From assembly GCA_048500355.1 (NCBI GenBank), contig JASNYD010000006.1, forward strand, positions 480,211-544,210: 64,000 nt of DNA, given 5' to 3'. Positions 59,703 through 64,000 of this stretch are shown here, piece by piece. The translations under genes were made by a program, and so were the position numbers. Under the pieces are notes generated by a model, which saw only the letters and a list, made by a program, of their open reading frames with translations, was not told where the DNA came from and ran no database searches. The DNA is from Kofleriaceae bacterium (lineage in GTDB: Bacteria > Myxococcota_A > Polyangia > Haliangiales > Haliangiaceae). How positions within the stretch are numbered: position 1 is the stretch's first letter; every line of letters starts with the position of its first letter.

Positions 59703-62497
59703 CACGCGACCTCCCGCCGCGGCCGCGTCGCGCCGCGGGCCCGCGCCCGGGCGCGGCGCCCCCCCACGCCCGCACCGGCGAGGAGCAGGAGCGCGACCAG
59801 CGCCGCCGCCGCCGCGCCGCCGCCCCCGCCGGCCTGGCAGCCGCCGCCCCCGCCCGCGGTGACGTACTCGTCGCGGCGACCGGCGTCGGGCGCCGGCACC
59901 GGCGGCACGTCGCAGGTGCCGCGGGTGCAGACCTCGCCGGCGCCGGGGCAGACCACGCCGAGGCACGGATCGCGCTCGCACTGCTGGGTGTCCGGGTTGC
60001 ACGCCTGCCCCGCCGGGCACACCCGCCCGGTGCACGGATCGCGCACGCACACGCCGTCGTCGTCGTCGCACAGGTAGCCCGGCGGACACGGGCCGTCGCA
60101 CGGATCGGCGACGCACTGGCCGAGCTCGCAGCGCTGGCCGGCCGGGCAGTCGAGGGCGCCACAGCTCGTGACGCAGGCGCCGCCGGTGCAGTACTCGGCG
60201 GCGCCGGTGCAGCTCACGCCGTCGCACGGGTCGCTCTCGCACACCCCGCCCACGCACTGCTGGCCGGCGGTGCAGTACTCCGGGAAGGTGGTGCAGTCGT
60301 CGGGGCGGCACTCGCCGAGCGCGCCGACGCAGACCTGGCCCGAGGGGCAGGTGACGCCGTCGCAGGCCCGCACGCAGCAGCCCTCACCGGTGCAGCCGCC
60401 GCCGGGCTGGCACACCTGGAGGTCGCCGCCGGGCAGGGTCGGACACGTCACCTCGTAGCAGACGTCGACGATGCAGAACCCCTGCGAGCAGGTGCGCCCG
60501 GCCGGGCACGGGAACTCGCCGCCGGCGCACGGCGGCGCGCACTGGCACTGGGTGCAGGTCTGGCCCGACGGGCACAGCGCCGGCGGCTCCTCGTCGGTCT
60601 GACCGTCGCAGTCGTTGTCGTCGCAGTCGCAGCGCTCGGGCTCGGACGGCGTGCCGCCCTGGCACACGTACGCGCCGCCGACGCAGCGCAGCACGCCGGG
60701 CATGCACAGCGGGGTGCCGTCGGGCGCGAGGTTGCACGGGCCCATGTCGGGCACGCCGTTGTCGACGACGCCATCGCAGTCGTCGTCGAAGTTGTTGCAG
60801 ACCTCGGGGCCGCCGCCGACGCTGCCCTCGCACTCGAGGACGCCGTTCACGCACACGGTCTGGCCGACGCCGCACGAGCTCGAGCAGTCGGCGCCGCCGG
60901 TGTCCTCGTCGACCAGCACGTCGCAGTCGTTGTCGATCGTGTCGCAGGTCTCGTCGGTGGGGCCGATCTCGCCCAGGCACGCGCCCCAGGTGCCGCCGCC
61001 GCCAGGTGGGCAGACCTGGATGCCGGGCTGACAGGGGCCGGTGTTGGGGTTGCCGCCGGGCAGGTTCGAGCACGAGCGGCTGAAGCCGTCGACCACCCCG
61101 TCGCAGTCGTTGTCGAGCCCGTCGCAGGTCTCGGCCGAGCCGCCGACGGCGGTGCAGCCGACCCAGGCCCCCAGCTCGCAGGTCTCGGTGCCGCGCACGC
61201 ACTCGCCGACGTCGGTGCCGCAGTCGCGGACCAGCCCCTCGTCCACCAGCATGTCGCAGTCGTCGTCGAGCCCGTTGCACAGCTCGACGTCGCCGCAGCC
61301 GACGCACGCGCCCTCGTCGATCGAGCCGTCGCAGTCGTCGTCGAGGTTGTTGCAGACCTCGGTGGTCGCCGGCTGCCCGGGGTTGGTGATCTGACACTCG
61401 GTGCCGTTGCCGGCGGCGTTGCAGACGCGAACGCCGGTGCCGCGGCAGATCCCCAGCCCGCCGTCGTCGCAGACCATCCCCTTGTTGGGGAAGTCCTCGT
61501 CGACCAGCGTGTCGCAGTCGTCGTCGAGGTCGTTGCACGACTCGAAGCGGATGGCGTCGGCGATGATCTGCGAGATCGCGAGCTGCAGCTCCTCCTCGTT
61601 CTGGGCGTAGGCGCCCTCGTTGACCCCGGGCACGTTGACCGCGCCGCCGGCGTGGGCCAGGCCCTCGATCTGGGCGTCGCCGGGCGTCTGACCGAAGCCG
61701 ATGGGCTTGGTCTCGATGCGGTAGGTCTGGCCGCCGACGTTCGTGGTCAGGAGCGCGGTGGCGGCGGCGGTGGTGTTCGCGAAGGTCGTGCAGGTCTCGT
61801 CGCCGTCGGTGAGCATGATGACGATGTAGGGGCGGCACTGCGCGCCCGACGGCAGGAAGACGTCCTTGTAGGGGTCGTTGGCGATGGGCGCGAAGCCGGG
61901 CGCGCCGCTGGGCCACAGCTCGGTGCCGTTGGTGGCCTGCAGGCCCTGGAAGTAGCGCTGGGCGGAGCGGAGCGTGCCGGCGACCGGCGTCCAGCCGGCG
62001 CTGTACAGCTCGGGGTTCGACGTGATCGCGTTGCCGCAGGTGCCGCACGAGAAGTCGTTCCAGCGGGCGAGGTCGCCGCCGTTGCCGTCGACGAGCCCGA
62101 CCAGGATCTCGCCGCGGGCGTCGTTCGACATCGTCGCGGTGCAGCCGCTGCCATTGCTGGGGTCGCACGCGCTGCAGTCGATCGCGCTGGCCGAGCAGCC
62201 GTTGGCGCAGTTGGTGTCGGTGGTGGTCGAGCGGAAGCGGCCGAGCCCCAGCACCATGTCGCCGTAGCTGTTGGCGATGTTGTAGATGGCGCACTTGGCG
62301 TGGTCGAGCCGCGAGTTGCCGGCGCCGGCGCAGCTCGCCGGCCCCGACGTGGTCGCGGAGTCCATCGACCCCGAGGTGTCGACCATCAGCAGCACGTAGG
62401 GCTTGAGCGCCTGGCCCGACTGCGCCTCGGCCCGCGCCGTGACCAGTCCCAGGACGACGAACGTGGCTACCCCGAGCCACGCGAGAGGGCGTCGCAT
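59702..62497 (-). CDS. Secreted VWA-domain (PilY1/tip-adhesin-like) protein with Cys-rich DDDCDG modules, an EGF-like Cys-rich stalk and a MYXO-CTERM tail
   Basis: Signal peptide MRRPLAWLGVATFVVLGLVTARAEAQ. YVLLMVDTSGSMDS (MIDAS). Modules CNDLDDDCDTLVDED, CNNLDDDCDGSIDEG, CNGLDDDCDMLVDEG, CDGLDNDCDGVVDG, CDTIDNDCDVLVDED, CNNFDDDCDGVVDNG. C-terminus GGGGGCQAGGGGG...ALVALLLLAGAGVGGRRARARARG. Confidence 0.8.
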
Positions 62498-62621
62498 CCG
62501 GCCATCCTAGGGCAGCGGCGCGCCCGACCGACAGCGCGATGCGGCGCCGCTACCCCACCGCGCACCGTCGGCGGGCCGCCAGGCTGTAGGTGGACGGGCG
62601 AGATCCGGCCCGCGGCGCCGA

Positions 62622-63878
62622 TCAAGCGAGGAGCGCGCGCGCGATCACCTTCAGCACCAGGATCGGCTTCACGCCCTCGAAGATGGGCAGCACCAGCGCG
62701 TCCACGACGTAGCGGCTGATCGGGTACTCCTCGGCGTAGCCCCAGCCGCCGTGGAGGAGCTGGCCGGTCTGGGTGACCTCGACCGCCACGTCGCAGGCGA
62801 ACAGCTTGGCCTGGGCGGCCAGCGGCGCGGCCGCGCGCTCGTCGCCGTCCATCGCCACCGCCGCCTCGTAGGTGATGGCGCGAGCGGCGGCCAGACGGCA
62901 GGCCATCCGGCCCAGGTGGTGCTGGGTCAGGCCGAACTCGATGATCGGCTTGCCGAACTGGCCGCGGCTCGCCACGTACTCCGCGGTGCGCTCGAGCGCG
63001 GCCTGGGCCACGCCGCAGGCGCGACCGCCGGTCTGCAGGCGCCCGGCGGCGAAGCCGGCCATCTGCAGGTAGAAGCCCTTGCCCAGGCCGCCGGCCTCGC
63101 CGACCAGGTTGGCGGCGGGCACGAACCAGTCCTCGAAGGCGAGCGTGAACGAGTGCATGCCGCGGTAGCCGGGGGTGCGATCGGCCTTGCCGCTCAGGCG
63201 GCCGCCGCCGGGCTGGGTCGCCGCGAAGTCGTGGCCGTCGAAGCGCGGCTTCTCGACGATGAACAAGGACAGCCCGCGCGCGCCCTTCGTCGGATCGGCG
63301 TCGGTGCGGGCGAGCACCGCGATGACGTCGGCCCGCCCGGCGAAGGTGCACCAGGCCTTGGCGCCGTCGAGGACGTAGCCGTCCTGGCCGTCGCGGGTCG
63401 CCGGCTGGGCCCGGCAGGCCACCGCCGCCACGTCGCTGCCGACGTTGGGCTCGGTGACCGAGATCGCGACCATCAGCTCGCCGCCGCCGATGCGCGGCAG
63501 CCACGTCCGCTTCTGGGCCTCGGTGCCGCCGGCGAGCAGCGCCTTGGCCAGGATCTCGGGGCGAGTGATGAGCGAGCCGGCGCTGGCCAGGGACGCCCGC
63601 GATAGCTCCTCGGTGGTGAGGATCATGGCCAGGTTGCCCAGCTCGTGGCCGCCGTAGGCCTCGGGGATCGACAGGCCGAAGTAGCCGAGCTCGGCCATGG
63701 CCGCGATGAAGCGGTCGGGCACCAGCTCGTCGTGGCGGTGGATGTGCTCGGCGTGGGGCGCGACCTCCTTGTCGGCGAACGCGCGCACCGAGCTCCGGAC
63801 CTCGGCCAGGGTGGGCTCGAGCGGCCACGGGTTCCGACCGCGGGCGGCGGCCACCTCGCGGCCGATGGCGCGGATCAC
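62622..63878 (-). CDS. Acyl-CoA dehydrogenase
   Basis: ...ELGYFGLSIPEAYGG..., MVAISVTEPNVGSD, ...YAEEYPISRYVVDALVLPIFEGVKPIL... are canonical ACAD motifs. The track start is a GTG; the in-frame ORF continues without a stop to the window edge, so the true N-terminus is uncertain. Confidence 0.85.
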   Translation of the reverse strand: MIRAIGREVAAARGRNPWPLEPTLAEVRSSVRAFADKEVAPHAEHIHRHDELVPDRFIAAMAELGYFGLSIPEAYGGHELGNLAMILTTEELSRASLASAGSLITRPEILAKALLAGGTEAQKRTWLPRIGGGELMVAISVTEPNVGSDVAAVACRAQPATRDGQDGYVLDGAKAWCTFAGRADVIAVLARTDADPTKGARGLSLFIVEKPRFDGHDFAATQPGGGRLSGKADRTPGYRGMHSFTLAFEDWFVPAANLVGEAGGLGKGFYLQMAGFAAGRLQTGGRACGVAQAALERTAEYVASRGQFGKPIIEFGLTQHHLGRMACRLAAARAITYEAAVAMDGDERAAAPLAAQAKLFACDVAVEVTQTGQLLHGGWGYAEEYPISRYVVDALVLPIFEGVKPILVLKVIARALLA

Positions 63879-64000
63879 CGCCTCGTTGCCCAGCCGGTGG
63901 AGCGCGGCGCGGGTGGCGGTGTCGTAGGCGGCGTCGATCCCGAGCTCGACCGCGATCGGATCGAGGCGGTCGCGCGCGCCGCGCGCGAGCTCGGCGACCG

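Noticed and set aside
62467-63828. ORF 62467..63828(-) of 453 aa overlapping the acyl-CoA dehydrogenase
   Set aside because: Arg/Pro/Gly-rich alternative frame. The ACAD motifs are in frame 62622..63878.

Overview
The window is very GC-rich (about 73-75% by eye) and every strand carries long spurious ORFs, so I called genes from recognisable protein motifs, signal peptides, start-codon context and gene-to-gene coupling, not from ORF length. The content looks like a Myxococcales-type chromosome segment: several proteins end in MYXO-CTERM-like tails (Cys-containing motif, hydrophobic helix, Arg cluster), and there is a PEGA-like protein, a Ser/Thr kinase, an FHA sigma-54 activator and repeated Cys-rich 'C..DDDCDG.(I/V)DE' modules. 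I support about 40 CDSs, two tRNAs on the minus strand (Arg-TCG and Lys-CTT) with a near-consensus sigma-70 promoter, a roughly 360 bp hexanucleotide tandem repeat, and a few candidate sigma-54 promoters and hairpins. Main CDSs in order: a left-edge partial PA14/P-domain lipoprotein, a 2585-aa TPR giant, RluA, a Trm112-like methyltransferase, a minus-strand cluster (His-tailed thioredoxin, beta-helix MYXO-CTERM protein, C39/BtrH-like papain-fold protein, Ddl-like ATP-grasp), Coq4-like, TauE, the kinase, the FHA/sigma-54 activator, a D-aminoacylase, a solitary fused M+S N6-adenine methyltransferase, a lipoprotein with the full His/Met copper-site spacing of PHM/DBH-like monooxygenases, an HEXXH metalloprotease with a lamin-tail domain, a VWA lipoprotein, an Rv1683-like lipase/acyl-CoA synthetase fusion, a zinc-ribbon protein, a 1326-codon ORF that looks like two lipoproteins fused, PhoU, FNR, a translationally coupled minus-strand cluster (PP2C phosphatase, TonB-dependent receptor, TPR, periplasmic binding protein, lipoprotein), a DTW protein, a beta-barrel OMP, a coupled pair of Cys-rich VWA/FGE surface proteins, and an acyl-CoA dehydrogenase. 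Coordinates come from residue counting against the ORF track; alternative start codons (GTG/TTG are shown as M in the track) are noted where used. I have no database or search access, so every family assignment is motif-based.
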